Positions 29,986 through 41,111 are shown, counted from the stretch's first letter. The stretch is DNA of 64,000 nt from Longimicrobiales bacterium (GCA_965218295.1 CBDCKN010000009.1:192001-256000); one strand, 5' to 3'. Notes: a model not told the origin generated them from the sequence alone. Program-made: numbers and translations.

Positions 29986-30923
29986 GCTGGATGTTCGGCA
30001 TGCCAGGCCGGTCCTTTCACGGCCCCCTACCGGAACTGACCGAGGACGAGACCGAGCTGCGAGGCCGGCTCGAGTCCCATGTCCGGGCTCTCGCAGGCGA
30101 CATCGGAGAGCGCAACGTGCTCACGCCGAACGCTCTGGCTAGGGCAGAGGAGTACATCCGCCGCGCGTTCGATGGATCCGGATACCAGGTCGCCGAGCAG
30201 ACCTACGACATCCATCTCGAGCCTTCGCTGACCGTCCGCAATATCGAGGTGGAGATCTCCGGGACCGCCTCACCCGGTGATATTGTGATCGTTGGCGCAC
30301 ACTACGACACCGTGCCCGGTTGTGCCGGGGCCAACGACAACACGACCGGAGTGGCCGCCGTCCTTGAATTGCCCCGGCTGCTGTCCGCACGAACCATGGA
30401 CCGGACGGTCCGGCTCGTGGCCTTCGTGAACGAAGAACCCCCTTTCTCCCACACTGACCTGATGGGGAGTCGCGTGTATGCAAGAAGGTGCAGGGAGCGT
30501 GACGAGAACGTTGTAGCGATGCTCTCCCTGGAGACGATCGGGTTCTATGTTGACGAACCGGGAAGCCAGAAATACCCGTTCCCGCTCAGCCTCTTTTATC
30601 CGGACACAGGCAACTTCGTCGGGTTCGTCGGGAACCTGGGGTCACGCAGCCTGACGCGCCGAGCCATTCGCGCGTTCCGTGAGTCGACGGAGTTTCCTTC
30701 GGAAGGCATAGCCGCCCCGAGGTGGATCCCCGGGATAGGCTGGTCCGACCAGTGGTCCTTTTGGCGGGAGGGGTACCCGGGCGTCATGATCACCGATACC
30801 GCGCCCTTCCGGTACCCCTATTACCACACGCGTCAGGACACGCCGGACCGGATCGACTACGACCGACTTGCACGGGTCGTCATGGGCGTCTCCCGCGTCG
30901 TGGAGGTCCTCGCCTCCAGCTGA
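29982..30923 (+). CDS. M28-family peptidase
   Basis: VGAHYD, GANDN, NEEPP, SDQWSF and YYHT motifs. Confidence 0.92.
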   Translation: MSWMFGMPGRSFHGPLPELTEDETELRGRLESHVRALAGDIGERNVLTPNALARAEEYIRRAFDGSGYQVAEQTYDIHLEPSLTVRNIEVEISGTASPGDIVIVGAHYDTVPGCAGANDNTTGVAAVLELPRLLSARTMDRTVRLVAFVNEEPPFSHTDLMGSRVYARRCRERDENVVAMLSLETIGFYVDEPGSQKYPFPLSLFYPDTGNFVGFVGNLGSRSLTRRAIRAFRESTEFPSEGIAAPRWIPGIGWSDQWSFWREGYPGVMITDTAPFRYPYYHTRQDTPDRIDYDRLARVVMGVSRVVEVLASS

Positions 30924-31073
30924 GATCCGGGAACGGAGTGCAAGACGGAGTATCGAACGACCGTCCGCGGCCTGACCCCACTCGAGATCCAGGACTACAT
31001 CATCCGCTTGCGCACCCTCCAACGAGTATAGGATGTTGACCCAAGTCTGATCCTCCGATGCCGAGGACGTTCG

Positions 31074-32888
31074 ATGTCCAACCCCATCGCCCGCCTGAAC
31101 GCAGCGCTCTCTGCCCGCTACAGTATCGAGCGGGAACTCGGCGTCGGCGGCATGGCCACCGTCTATCTGGCGGACGACCTGCGCCACGAGCGGAAGGTCG
31201 CTCTGAAGGTGCTGAAACCCGAGCTGGCCGCCGTGGTCGGAGCCGAGCGGTTCCTGGCCGAGATCAAGACGACGGCGAACCTCCAGCATCCGCACATTCT
31301 GCCGCTCCACGACTCGGGCGAGGCCGATTCGTTCCTTTTTTATGTCATGCCGTACGTCGAGGGCGAGTCGTTGCGGGAGCGACTCGACCGCGAGAAGCAG
31401 CTCCCTATCGACGATGCGGTCGGGATCACGACCGCGTTGGCGGGTGCTCTGGATCACGCGCATCGGCACGGCGTGATTCATCGCGACATCAAGCCGGAGA
31501 ACATCCTGCTCCAGGACGGGCAACCGACGTTGGCGGATTTTGGGATCGCGTTGGCAGTGAGGGCGGCCGGCGGAACGCGGTTGACCGAGACCGGCATGTT
31601 CCTCGGCACGCCACATTACATGAGTCCCGAGCAGGCGATGGGAGATCGCGAGCTCGATGCCCGGTCCGATGTGTACTCGCTCGCATGTGTGACCTATGAG
31701 ATGTTGGTGGGCGAGCCGCCGCACACGGGGCCCACCGCGCAAGCCGTGGTGGCCAAGGTGTTGACCGAGCCGCCGTCGCAGATCGCGCTCGGGCGACCTA
31801 CGGTGCCGCCCCAAGTGGACGCAGCGGTGCACAGGGCGCTCGAGAAACTTCCGGCGGATCGGTTCGGGACGGCGCGAGAGTTCGCCGAGGCGCTAACGGA
31901 TGTCCGGATGGCGCTGGCCGCCGCCAGCTTCCCACCTTCCGGCGCCGAGCCGGCGGTCGTCGAATCGAGGAAGAGCATCGATCAAACCTTCGAGCTGACC
32001 GCCGAAGTGTGTCGTAAGTTGAATCGCGATATGCTCGACGCGCGGATCATTGGCGACCACCAACATTACCTCGACAACCAGGTCGAATCCGATGTGCTCG
32101 TGGTATACCATCACGGGATGGGGCTGGACCAGCGTGAGTTCGTGGCTGTGCTCAACCACTCTCCTTATCGAGGAATTGCCCCGACGCTCTACGGTTTTGA
32201 ACCACACGCCCGACGGCGACTGCGCGTGTCGCTGCCGGATCACGTGACGCTGCAACGAGAGCTGTTGGCGGATCTGATCCGCCGCGAAGCCCCGGCCACC
32301 GTGGTCATGGTGGGATTCTCGAGTGGCGCAGACCTCGGTTTCCAGCTCCTCGCCGAGCCTCTCGACACGCCGCACCAGGTCGACGGCTTTCTCTCACTCG
32401 ATTGTAATGTCAGTCGCGACACTTGCTTCGCATCCGGGCGCATCGCGTCGGTCTCGGAGGACCGAGAACAGCTACTTCGCGAATTGGTTGCGTTCGGCGA
32501 CACGGCGTCCACTTTGAGCGAGTGGCTCAACGTGCACGACTACCTGGTGAAAGTGTTTCGCAAGTTCCGCGGCGATGTCGACCCCCTCCGCGTGTTTGCC
32601 GCCGACGTGGTGCGGCCGTTTGAAGGAGACGAGACCCCGTTCATCGGTTGGTACCGCACGGCCAGCAAGAGCCTCCGTGCCCTACGGTGCGTCTTCTCCG
32701 ACACCGACATGTACAATCGGGGTGTGGCGAGGCTCAAGCTGGAGCACGTGGATACGGGGATGCTCGGTGAGCAGTATGATGAGGCGTCACTCGTGACCGA
32801 GCCCGACGCCGATCATTTCGAGCTCGTGGAACTCGATCGACTGATGGGGCACGTGGAGGCGGTGGTGGGCGCAGCTCGGGCCGGATAG
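31074..32888 (+). CDS. Ser/Thr protein kinase fused to an alpha/beta-hydrolase-like domain
   Basis: GVGGMATV, VALK, HRDIKPEN, DFG and MSPE; C-terminal HGMG, VGFSSG and DHF. Confidence 0.9.
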   Translation: MSNPIARLNAALSARYSIERELGVGGMATVYLADDLRHERKVALKVLKPELAAVVGAERFLAEIKTTANLQHPHILPLHDSGEADSFLFYVMPYVEGESLRERLDREKQLPIDDAVGITTALAGALDHAHRHGVIHRDIKPENILLQDGQPTLADFGIALAVRAAGGTRLTETGMFLGTPHYMSPEQAMGDRELDARSDVYSLACVTYEMLVGEPPHTGPTAQAVVAKVLTEPPSQIALGRPTVPPQVDAAVHRALEKLPADRFGTAREFAEALTDVRMALAAASFPPSGAEPAVVESRKSIDQTFELTAEVCRKLNRDMLDARIIGDHQHYLDNQVESDVLVVYHHGMGLDQREFVAVLNHSPYRGIAPTLYGFEPHARRRLRVSLPDHVTLQRELLADLIRREAPATVVMVGFSSGADLGFQLLAEPLDTPHQVDGFLSLDCNVSRDTCFASGRIASVSEDREQLLRELVAFGDTASTLSEWLNVHDYLVKVFRKFRGDVDPLRVFAADVVRPFEGDETPFIGWYRTASKSLRALRCVFSDTDMYNRGVARLKLEHVDTGMLGEQYDEASLVTEPDADHFELVELDRLMGHVEAVVGAARAG

Positions 32889-32897
32889 TACTGGTTC

Positions 32898-33554
32898 TCA
32901 TGTCGACCTCCGTCCTCTCATCCACCATCGCACCGCTACGAAAAGGGCTGCCGACTCTCCTGCGATCCATCCCCACCACGGGTAGCTCACCGCCGGCAGT
33001 GAGACTCCCTCCCCCAATCCCGTCACCCCGGCCAGCGCAGCGGGCACGATGAACGTCGCGAGCAACACGCAGCCCGCCGCTACCATGAGCGACCACTCCC
33101 ACGCACGCGGCGAGATGACTCCGTGATCCATCGGCCAGAGCGCCCAGGCCGCCGCCGACATGGAGAGGCCGATCAGGGATGGGGCCCACACCGGCCCGAC
33201 CCAGACAGTGGGGATGAGGAAGAGCACATCCGGCTCGAAGAGAGACGCCGGCCAGCCCAGCAGAATGCGCAGTCCGGCGTAATACGCGATGTCCCACACG
33301 CCGAAGACGAGCGCGAAGCCGGTCAGCGTCTGCCAGCCGGAGCGAGCCGCCGCCCACGCAACGGTGAAGATCATGACGACGGTCGCGGCCTCCCGGCCGA
33401 TCTCCACGGCCAGGATCCCGGCGTCCATGGGCTTCAGCGGGAAGGAGAATCCCTCGGGGTAGTAGATGGCGCGAAGATAGACGACGACCGCGGCTTCGAC
33501 ATAGCCCATCGCGACGGCGTAGAGTAGCAGCGCTGTCCGAGGGCGGCCGAACAT
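32898..33554 (-). CDS. Hypothetical membrane protein (start uncertain)
   Basis: AMGYVEAAVVVYLR, EIGREAAT and DVLFLIPTVWVGPVWAP; multiple TM segments. Confidence 0.8.
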   Translation of the reverse strand: MFGRPRTALLLYAVAMGYVEAAVVVYLRAIYYPEGFSFPLKPMDAGILAVEIGREAATVVMIFTVAWAAARSGWQTLTGFALVFGVWDIAYYAGLRILLGWPASLFEPDVLFLIPTVWVGPVWAPSLIGLSMSAAAWALWPMDHGVISPRAWEWSLMVAAGCVLLATFIVPAALAGVTGLGEGVSLPAVSYPWWGWIAGESAALFVAVRWWMRGRRST

Positions 33555-33733
33555 CGGGGAATGCCTCCAGTCGGGATCATGGTCCCGCACCCTCCGAATC
33601 GACGGACGGGTCAAGACCGGCCGATCCGGGGCGTTCAGCGCCAAAGTTGCTGTGGTCGCGGGCTACGGCAACCCGCCTTCGGGCGGGCTCGGGGCACGGT
33701 AGGCGGACCTGGGGGTGATGGCAAGGCCGCGGC

Positions 33734-34075
33734 TCACCTCACGCGTACCACCCACCCGCCTCCGCCCGGCATCCCCGCGTACTCGTCGACATGGTCGGCC
33801 GCCTCGTCGTCGAGCATGTCGCGCACGAGCCCCGGCAGCACCGCGTCTCCCTCCGAACCGGTGCCCTTGCCGGTGACGACGTGCACCACGCTTCCAGCCG
33901 AGATCCGAGCGTGGGTCGTGAGGAAGTCCCGCACGCGCCGGCGAGCCTGTGCTCCCGTATAGCCATGTAAGTCGAGGGTGGCGACGGGCGTCTCGCTCAG
34001 GAGCCTCGCGACACCGGTCACTTCAGGGGGTCGGGTGGCGGCCTTCTGCGACCGTCGTTTACGGCGTCTGCTCAT
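33734..34075 (-). CDS. Stand-alone Smr/MutS2 C-terminal domain protein
   Basis: TLDLHG and VVTGKG motifs. Confidence 0.9.
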   Translation of the reverse strand: MSRRRKRRSQKAATRPPEVTGVARLLSETPVATLDLHGYTGAQARRRVRDFLTTHARISAGSVVHVVTGKGTGSEGDAVLPGLVRDMLDDEAADHVDEYAGMPGGGGWVVRVR

Positions 34076-34107
34076 CTGCCAATCAGCCCGTTCGCGTTTC
34101 CGCTGTC

Positions 34108-35724
34108 CTACCCCTCGGCGTCAGCCGTCACCGGGCTCGTTGGGGCCCTGTTCACCACCTCCAGGAACGCCTCTCCGTACCGTTCGAGCTTCATCGGCCC
34201 AACGCCCGAGACGGCCAGGAGCTCCTCCGGTGTGGACGGACGTGCCTGGGCCATGGCACGAAGGGTCTTGTCGCTGAACACGATGTAGGCTGGCACACCC
34301 TGCTGATCCGCAATCGACTTGCGAAGCTCTCGCAGGCACTGAAACAGGGCCTCCCCTTCATGCGAGAGCGGACCGGGCTCCGCGATTCGATCGTAGGACC
34401 TCGGTGATCGTTGTCGGGGGCCTGCCACCGCGACGGCCGTCATCCCCTCCGTCGCCAGGTCCTCCGCCTTCACACCCGTGCACCAATCACAAGACGTGGC
34501 GCACGCCTCGATCTCCTCGCCGAAGTGGCCGAGGATCTTCTTGTGCCGGCACCCGCCGTTCTCCACCAATCGAAAGAGCGACTTGGTGGCCTCGATTTTC
34601 GCCGAGTAGAGATCGGGGTCGTCGATGTCGCTCAGGAACCGCTCGTGCTGTTTCACGTCGGCCCACGAATAGAAGAGGAAGCAGTCGCTATCCAGACCGT
34701 CCCGACCCGCGCGTCCCATCTCCTGATACCAGGACTCTACGTCCTTGGGCATATCCCGATGGATGACGAAGCGCACATTCGACTTGTCGATACCCATGCC
34801 GAAGGCGATGGTCGCGACGATCACGTCGGCGTCGTCCCTCGCGTAAGCATCCTGGTTCGCCGCCCGATCGACGTCCCCCATTCCCGCGTGATACGGCAAC
34901 GCCCGCACCCCCTGATCACAGAGGAAGTCGGCCATCTGATCGACCGCCTTCCGCGAGGCGCAATACAGGATGCCGCTCTGCCCCGACCGCGCCTTGATCA
35001 GCCCTGAAATCTCGCGGCGCGTAGGTCCGGTGCCCTTCTTCCTGCAGTAGATGTTCAGGTTGGGGCGGAAGAACGAGCCCTTGAAACCGGCGGGCTTGCT
35101 CATGTCGAGCTGCCGGATGATGTCGCGGGCCACGGCGTTCGTGGCGGTTGCGGTGAGCGCTAGCACGGGCACGTCCGGCAGCGCCTCTCGGAGCCGCTGC
35201 AACCGCCGGTACGACGGCCGGAAATCGTGGCCCCATTGGCTGATACAGTGGGCCTCGTCCACCACGAGCAGCGAGAGCGGCCAGTTTCCGGCCTCCCTGC
35301 TCAAGCGGCCGTCGAACCCCTCCGGGGCCAGATAGACGAGCTCGTACTCTCCGGCTCTGAGCGCCTGGAGCCTCCGCTCTCGCTCGCCCGGCTCCAGCGA
35401 CGAGTTGATCGCAGCAGCCCGAAAGCCCAGGTCACCCAGCGCATCGACCTGGTCCTTCATGAGGGAGATCAGCGGAGACACCACGAGCACCGTGCCGTCC
35501 AACATGCGGGCCGGCACCTGAAAGGTCAGGGACTTGCCCGCCCCGGTGGGCATGAGCGCGATGCAGTCGCGGCCCGCGAGCACGGCTTCGATGACCTTTA
35601 GCTGGCCGGGGCGGAAGTCCTCGTAACCGAATACGTCGCGAAGAACGCCGAGGGGCGTGGCTGTCGGTTCGGGTGCGATCGGAGGCTCGATGTCCGGGTA
35701 ACGGGCGCGAGCCCCAAGGTACAC
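34108..35724 (-). CDS. recQ: RecQ-family DNA helicase with HRDC domain
   Basis: [44 protein letters not shown] and VPAYIVFSD. Confidence 0.93.
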   Translation of the reverse strand: MYLGARARYPDIEPPIAPEPTATPLGVLRDVFGYEDFRPGQLKVIEAVLAGRDCIALMPTGAGKSLTFQVPARMLDGTVLVVSPLISLMKDQVDALGDLGFRAAAINSSLEPGERERRLQALRAGEYELVYLAPEGFDGRLSREAGNWPLSLLVVDEAHCISQWGHDFRPSYRRLQRLREALPDVPVLALTATATNAVARDIIRQLDMSKPAGFKGSFFRPNLNIYCRKKGTGPTRREISGLIKARSGQSGILYCASRKAVDQMADFLCDQGVRALPYHAGMGDVDRAANQDAYARDDADVIVATIAFGMGIDKSNVRFVIHRDMPKDVESWYQEMGRAGRDGLDSDCFLFYSWADVKQHERFLSDIDDPDLYSAKIEATKSLFRLVENGGCRHKKILGHFGEEIEACATSCDWCTGVKAEDLATEGMTAVAVAGPRQRSPRSYDRIAEPGPLSHEGEALFQCLRELRKSIADQQGVPAYIVFSDKTLRAMAQARPSTPEELLAVSGVGPMKLERYGEAFLEVVNRAPTSPVTADAEG

Positions 35725-35821
35725 GAATGCATGGGGCGAGGAGAGGGGTGGGTGGGTCGCGAGACCCCCATTCCGGTCGCGCGTGTTGTCTGAGCACGAG
35801 CCTGGACGAGTGACGTGCGCG

Positions 35822-36640
35822 TCAGCTGCGCACGGTGCTCGTCGCCGAGCCGGACAGGAAAGTGAACACCGCCTGGGCGACGCCCCACGGATGCAACTCG
35901 CCCAGGAACGCCAGGAGGCGGTTCAGCAGTCCGGGGATTACCGTGGCCCGGCCCGCCATCGTCCCGACGTAGGCGGCGTGTGCGATCCGTTCGGGTGACG
36001 CCTTGGGGAGCCACCGGTACGCTCGCACGTCTCCGACTCCCGAACGGCCGACGAATTCGGTATCCGTCGCGCCGGGGGCGAGGGCGGTTGCCGAGACGCC
36101 CGTCCCCCGCAGCTCCATGGCGAGGCCCCTCGTGAAGGAGAGCACGTAGGCCTTCGACGCCACGTACGTGGTCCAGTTCGGCCCGCCCTGGAAGTAGGCC
36201 ACCAGCGACGCCACGTTCAGGATCCGGCCCCGGCCACGGGACAGCATGTCCGGGAGGAGCCGTCGGGTCAGACCAGTCAGCCCGAGCACATTGAGTTGCA
36301 GCATTCGCTCGAGGCGCTCCGGATCGGCCTCGACGAGGGGAGCATGGTCACCGATCCCCGCGTTGTTCACGAGAACGTCCACCGCGATCCCGGCGTCCTC
36401 GAGTCCCCGCACGAGCCGCTCGACCTCCGCGGAATCGGTGAGGTCCGCGGCGCGCGTCTCGACGCGCACACCCGTCTCGCGCTCCAACTGGGAGGCGGCC
36501 CGTTCAAGGGCCGCCTCCTCCCGTGCCACCAGGACCAGATCGTGGCCGTTGCGCGCGAACTCCCTCGCCAGCGCCAGGCCGATGCCCCTCGATCCGCCGG
36601 TCACCAGGACCGTGCCCGGGTCCGCCACCAGGCTACGCAT
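35822..36640 (-). CDS. SDR family oxidoreductase
   Basis: [12 protein letters not shown] and YVASK motifs. Confidence 0.93.
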   Translation of the reverse strand: MRSLVADPGTVLVTGGSRGIGLALAREFARNGHDLVLVAREEAALERAASQLERETGVRVETRAADLTDSAEVERLVRGLEDAGIAVDVLVNNAGIGDHAPLVEADPERLERMLQLNVLGLTGLTRRLLPDMLSRGRGRILNVASLVAYFQGGPNWTTYVASKAYVLSFTRGLAMELRGTGVSATALAPGATDTEFVGRSGVGDVRAYRWLPKASPERIAHAAYVGTMAGRATVIPGLLNRLLAFLGELHPWGVAQAVFTFLSGSATSTVRS

Positions 36641-37529
36641 GGCTCGCCACCCCAAAGGCGTCGATGTTCTCGCGAATGAACTCCGGCAGCGACTGCGGGG
36701 GCTGTCCGCCGATCCGCTCCACGACGTCCGTCTCGCCGCTGAAGATCCCATTCTGGTGGTCCACGGCGACGGCCTTGAGGTGCGTCACGGCAAACTCGTT
36801 CAGCCCGTCCACCCCCGAAATGACGTCTCCCCAAACGTCCACCGGGAGATCCACGTACTCCACCGTCGTGCCCAACTCCTCGCTGAGCACCGTGGCCATC
36901 TCGGCAACCGTCAGGTTCTTCGGTCCGGTGAGGACGTAACGCTCGCCGACGTGCGGCTCGGGGTCTGTCAGGAGTCCGACCACGACTCGGGCGATATCGT
37001 TAGCCGCCACGGGGGCGTGGCGCTCGTTGCCGTAGGGCAGGTACAGCTTGCCCTGGGCGGCGATGGTCTGCGCGCCGAGGATGGGGAGCATCTCGGCGAA
37101 GAAGGTCGGCCGAATGTGGATCGCACCAACGTCGGCCCAGTCCAGGATCTTCTCGGAGAGCCAGTGATGACGCGCGAGGGGACTGTCCGAATACTCACGT
37201 GCGGAGATCTGGGACATGTTCACGAATCCCCGGACCCCGGCATCCTGCGCGGCGGTCGCGGCGATCACGGTCGCCTCGACGAGCCGGCCGCCCTGCGGGG
37301 GATAGACGAAATACGTGCGCCCGGCGCCCTCCATGGCGTCCCGCATGGAGCGCAGATCGTGGAAGTCCGCCACGACCACCTCGGCGCCCAGCGACTCCAA
37401 CTCGTCGGCACGCTCGTCGCGCTTCCTCACGGTCGCCCTTACCGGATACCCGCGGTCCAGCAGCTGACGAACCACGGCGCTTCCGGTCTTGCCCGTCGCT
37501 CCGGTAACGAGAATCAGAGACTTCGACAT
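36633..37529 (-). CDS. NmrA-family NAD(P)-binding protein
   Basis: ILVTGATGKTG and IRPTFF motifs; GGAGG RBS. Confidence 0.9.
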   Translation of the reverse strand: MSKSLILVTGATGKTGSAVVRQLLDRGYPVRATVRKRDERADELESLGAEVVVADFHDLRSMRDAMEGAGRTYFVYPPQGGRLVEATVIAATAAQDAGVRGFVNMSQISAREYSDSPLARHHWLSEKILDWADVGAIHIRPTFFAEMLPILGAQTIAAQGKLYLPYGNERHAPVAANDIARVVVGLLTDPEPHVGERYVLTGPKNLTVAEMATVLSEELGTTVEYVDLPVDVWGDVISGVDGLNEFAVTHLKAVAVDHQNGIFSGETDVVERIGGQPPQSLPEFIRENIDAFGVASHA

Positions 37530-37547
37530 GATGTCCTCCGTTAGTAT

Positions 37548-37563
37548 GATGTATATACAACAT
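37548..37563. promoter_or_regulatory. Putative MarR operator copy 1 (GATGTATATACAACAT)
   Basis: Contains the perfect palindrome TGTATATACA; identical 16-mer at 38115. Confidence 0.7.
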
Positions 37564-37584
37564 TTAGTGTGAAAAAAAGACTTC

Positions 37585-38040
37585 CTAAACGGCGCTCCGA
37601 ATCGCGTCGGCCAACTGGTGAATCGCTTCCGTCCCGGCGGCCCCGAGAATCTCGCGGGTGCGACGTTGGGCCTCACGCCACAGGGGCTCCGCCTGTACGA
37701 GGATCTTCCGGCCCGACTTCGTGATTCGGAGCTCCTGAGAGCGGGCGGACTCGCCGGGACGGATGGCCAGCCAGCCGTTTCGCTTCATGCGTTCCACGTT
37801 GCGGCTCATCGTCGACTTCTCGATGTTGAGCCGCCGGGCCACCTCGCCGGGGGAAACCGAACCGCGGCGCACCACGACGGCGAGAATGTTCAGTTGGCCA
37901 GCCGTGACGCCCACGGGCCGAAGAGCGTCGTCGTAGATCCCCGTAACGGTGCGGCCGATGAGACGGCTTCGCATCGCGAGGCACTCCGTGGCCATGTCGG
38001 CGACGGCTTCTTCGGCTCGGCGTGTTGCTGTTTCGGTCAT
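37585..38040 (-). CDS. MarR-family regulator
   Basis: CLAMRSR...YDDALRPVGVTAGQ; IEKSTMSRNVERM; ITKSGR. Confidence 0.9.
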   Translation of the reverse strand: MTETATRRAEEAVADMATECLAMRSRLIGRTVTGIYDDALRPVGVTAGQLNILAVVVRRGSVSPGEVARRLNIEKSTMSRNVERMKRNGWLAIRPGESARSQELRITKSGRKILVQAEPLWREAQRRTREILGAAGTEAIHQLADAIRSAV

Positions 38041-38114
38041 TTCGTCCGCCCGCTCTCGGCGTTGGCAGTTGGCGCGTGGATGTGCTCCATTGGCCAGTAT
38101 CCCTGCCGTTGTAA

Positions 38115-38130
38115 GATGTATATACAACAT
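38115..38130. promoter_or_regulatory. Putative MarR operator copy 2
   Basis: Identical to 37548..37563; upstream of the marR gene. Confidence 0.7.
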
Positions 38131-38308
38131 AATGAGGCTTCCGTCAAGTTTGCTCCTTGTTGTTTTCGATCGGTCTCGAACTACCAGTGCGGCCGGAGCG
38201 ACGCTAAGGCAGGGGCCGGCCAGCATCAAAGGTGATTGCTCCATACCTTAGTAGCTGCAGTGGAGTGAAGCGAAGTCGTCCATCCTCGTGGGCCGGGCTC
38301 CCCGTGAC

Positions 38309-38995
38309 ATGTTGAGAAACCGCGTGACATTGCTCGATACCGCACCGATACCGGACGACGGCGGCGAGCTTGGTCTCTACCAGCACGGCGAGGACTTCTT
38401 GATCAAGGTCGTGGGCGGCCAGGACCTGATGAGCACTCGAACCCACGGGTCCGCGGACGCACTGGCCGAGATCGCGTGCACCGAGGTCGCCGGTCGCGAG
38501 CGGCCCCGCGTGCTGATCGGCGGCCTGGGCATGGGCTTCACGCTAGCTTCGGCGCTGCGCCACCTCGGGCACGACGCCGAGGTGCTGGTGGCCGAGTTGG
38601 TGCCGGCGGTGGTCGAGTGGAACCGAGGCCCCGTCGGGGAGCACGCCGGTCATCCTCTCCGGGATGAACGGGTCACCGTTCACGAGGTCGACGTCGCCAT
38701 CATGCTGACGGCGGAGGCGCGGTCCTTCGACGCCATCTTGTTGGACGTCGACAACGGCCCGGACGGACTGACCCAAGAGGGCAATGATTGGCTCTACTCG
38801 AGGGCCGGGCTGAACGCGTCCTACGAGGCACTTCGGCCAAGGAGCGTGCTCGCGGTGTGGTCGGCCGGTCCGGACCGCGTGTTCAGCAAACGCCTGCGCA
38901 AGGCCGGTTTCGAGGTAGACGAGGTCCGGGTTCGGGCGCACGGCGGGAAAGGTGCTCGCCACGTCATCTGGATCGCTCGAACACCGGAGCGATAG
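38309..38995 (+). CDS. Spermidine synthase-like SAM-dependent methyltransferase
   Basis: LIGGLGMGFTL and ILLDVDNGP motifs. Confidence 0.88.
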   Translation: MLRNRVTLLDTAPIPDDGGELGLYQHGEDFLIKVVGGQDLMSTRTHGSADALAEIACTEVAGRERPRVLIGGLGMGFTLASALRHLGHDAEVLVAELVPAVVEWNRGPVGEHAGHPLRDERVTVHEVDVAIMLTAEARSFDAILLDVDNGPDGLTQEGNDWLYSRAGLNASYEALRPRSVLAVWSAGPDRVFSKRLRKAGFEVDEVRVRAHGGKGARHVIWIARTPER

Positions 38996-39298
38996 AACCG
39001 CAACGCCGGCCTCGTGTAGAGCGATACGGTGACCGCTACGATCCGCCGGCGGGGCGGGGTCGGTAGACGGCGCCTCGACGAGCGAGCAGCTACCTAGACT
39101 TCCCACCCCTGGGACCCTCGTGCTCCGCGAAAACCGCATCCACCGCTGGGTCTGTCGGGCCCTGTCGGTCTCTCCTAGGTTGCCATCCACGCAGCGGATC
39201 CGGCCTGCACGGTGGCCGATTCGGCTGTAGTGAGAGCCCGGACCATGAAGACCGCCTGGGCGATACCGTGAAGTGACCTCAGCCTAAAAGGAACCCGT

Positions 39299-40504
39299 AT
39301 GAAATGGTTGCCCGCGCTCGTTGGCCTGCTGGTTTTTTCCGCCTGCACAGACCGGACGACCCCCAACGACGCCGACCAACACGGCGCGGCGTCTGAGCTT
39401 CAGAGCCTCCTGGACGAGGGCGTCGCCAAAGGCATTCCCGGCATCTCGGCCGCCGTCGCCACGAGTGACGGTGTGGTCTGGACTGGCGTCGCCGGTTTGG
39501 CCGACCTGCAGACCGGCGTGCCTGTGCGCCCCGACATGCTCTTCGGCATCGGAAGCATCACCAAGACCTTCGTTGCGGTTGTGATCCTGCAGCTCGCCGA
39601 GGAAGGGCGGCTGGATCTGGGCGCCACGGCCGCGAGTCTGCTGGGGCCGGCGGTGGACCGCATTCCCAACGCAGACAAAGCGACGATCGCGCAGCTTCTG
39701 AACCACACGGGCGGCGTGCCGAGTTGGGAAGACGACCCGGCCTGGATCAGTGATGGCCGGGGCGCCACACTCGATGTGAGTCGCATCTGGGGCAAAACCG
39801 AAACGCTGCCCTACATCAAAGGACACGAGCCGCTCGCTGCGCCGGGCGCGGCGTATAGCTACGCCAACACGAATTACACGCTGCTCGGTATGATCATCGA
39901 GAAGGTGACCGGCGAGGAAGCGGTAGACGAGATCCACCGGCGCATCCTCGACAAACTGGGTCTCAAGGACATCCATCTCGAAGGCTTCGAGCCCGTGCCG
40001 CCGGAACAGCTTCCGCACCGCTACCACTGGGCGACGCCAGACTTTCGCAAAGACGCGGGTGTGCACGCGGCCTTCTCAGAAGTGCGCCCAGAACTGATCG
40101 ACGCCAGCGGCTCAAACTTGTCGGTGGAATGGACGGCGGGCGGAATGGTCGCATCGGCGCGGGATCTGGCGCTCTACGGCGTAGCGCTGCGCGACGGGCG
40201 GCTTCTCAAACCGGAGAGCATGGAGTTCGTGACCGAATGGTTTCCGGCGGGCGAAGACTGGCAGATCGGGCACAACCTCTTTCGATCTGAATACCCGGAC
40301 GGACCAGCCTTGATCGGTCACGACGGAAGCGTGCTCGGGTTTACCGGCTCGCTCTACTGGGTGGAGGGTGCGGATGTGGTGGTGGCCGTGGTGTGCAACG
40401 TCGGGACGATGCACGCCGGGGAGGTGCCGGGCTCGGCCTTCTCGGTGGCGAAAGCGAGGGAGTTTGTCGACCTAGCGACGAGCGTGGCGGGCCTTGCGCG
40501 CTGA
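39299..40504 (+). CDS. Serine hydrolase (beta-lactamase class C-like) lipoprotein
   Basis: Lipobox FSAC; SITK, YAN and HDG motifs; LLNHTGG. Confidence 0.92.
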   Translation: MKWLPALVGLLVFSACTDRTTPNDADQHGAASELQSLLDEGVAKGIPGISAAVATSDGVVWTGVAGLADLQTGVPVRPDMLFGIGSITKTFVAVVILQLAEEGRLDLGATAASLLGPAVDRIPNADKATIAQLLNHTGGVPSWEDDPAWISDGRGATLDVSRIWGKTETLPYIKGHEPLAAPGAAYSYANTNYTLLGMIIEKVTGEEAVDEIHRRILDKLGLKDIHLEGFEPVPPEQLPHRYHWATPDFRKDAGVHAAFSEVRPELIDASGSNLSVEWTAGGMVASARDLALYGVALRDGRLLKPESMEFVTEWFPAGEDWQIGHNLFRSEYPDGPALIGHDGSVLGFTGSLYWVEGADVVVAVVCNVGTMHAGEVPGSAFSVAKAREFVDLATSVAGLAR

Positions 40505-40535
40505 CACGTCCCGATCTCAAGGATAGAGAGGTACA

Positions 40536-41027
40536 TCACGTGCCCCCGCTCTGCATGAGACCCAAGGTGTACAGCAGTGCGGCGACCAACGCGGCGGCCG
40601 TCCGAACGTGGTTCCACAACGTCCACCGGCCCAGGTAGTGCTCCCACACGTCACGGGCGGCCGGGTCGGTGGCGGTCACGGCGGCCAACTGGTCGTTCAA
40701 GGGAACGTTCCCGAGCACGGTGACGAGGAAGGTGCCCACGAGGTAGAAGAGCGCACCGCCCAAGAAGAAGACCGCGGAGGGACGACCCCAACCTGCCAAG
40801 GCGAGCCCACCCGCGCCGAGCGACACCACGGCCGTTCCCATGAACACACCCAGAAACGAGGGGTTGAGCACGACGACGTTGATCGACTGCATCGCGCCGA
40901 TGCCCTCCGCGGAGGGCACGCGCGCCAGGGCCTTCATCACGAAGCTCGAGAACGCGAAAAAGATCCCACCAACCAGGGCGGAGCCGAGCAGGGCCATCGT
41001 CCCGACGACCGGTATGAGCTGGTCCAT
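40536..41027 (-). CDS. DUF1772 / anthrone oxygenase-family membrane protein
   Basis: GIFFAFSSFVMKAL; NVPLND; WTLWNHVRT. Confidence 0.88.
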   Translation of the reverse strand: MDQLIPVVGTMALLGSALVGGIFFAFSSFVMKALARVPSAEGIGAMQSINVVVLNPSFLGVFMGTAVVSLGAGGLALAGWGRPSAVFFLGGALFYLVGTFLVTVLGNVPLNDQLAAVTATDPAARDVWEHYLGRWTLWNHVRTAAALVAALLYTLGLMQSGGT

Positions 41028-41111
41028 TCCTCAACCTCCGTTCGAAGTCATGACGGTGCGTCCCACACGTCCGTAGCGGCGGTGGTGCTGTTCATGGCGG
41101 CCGTCCGAACC

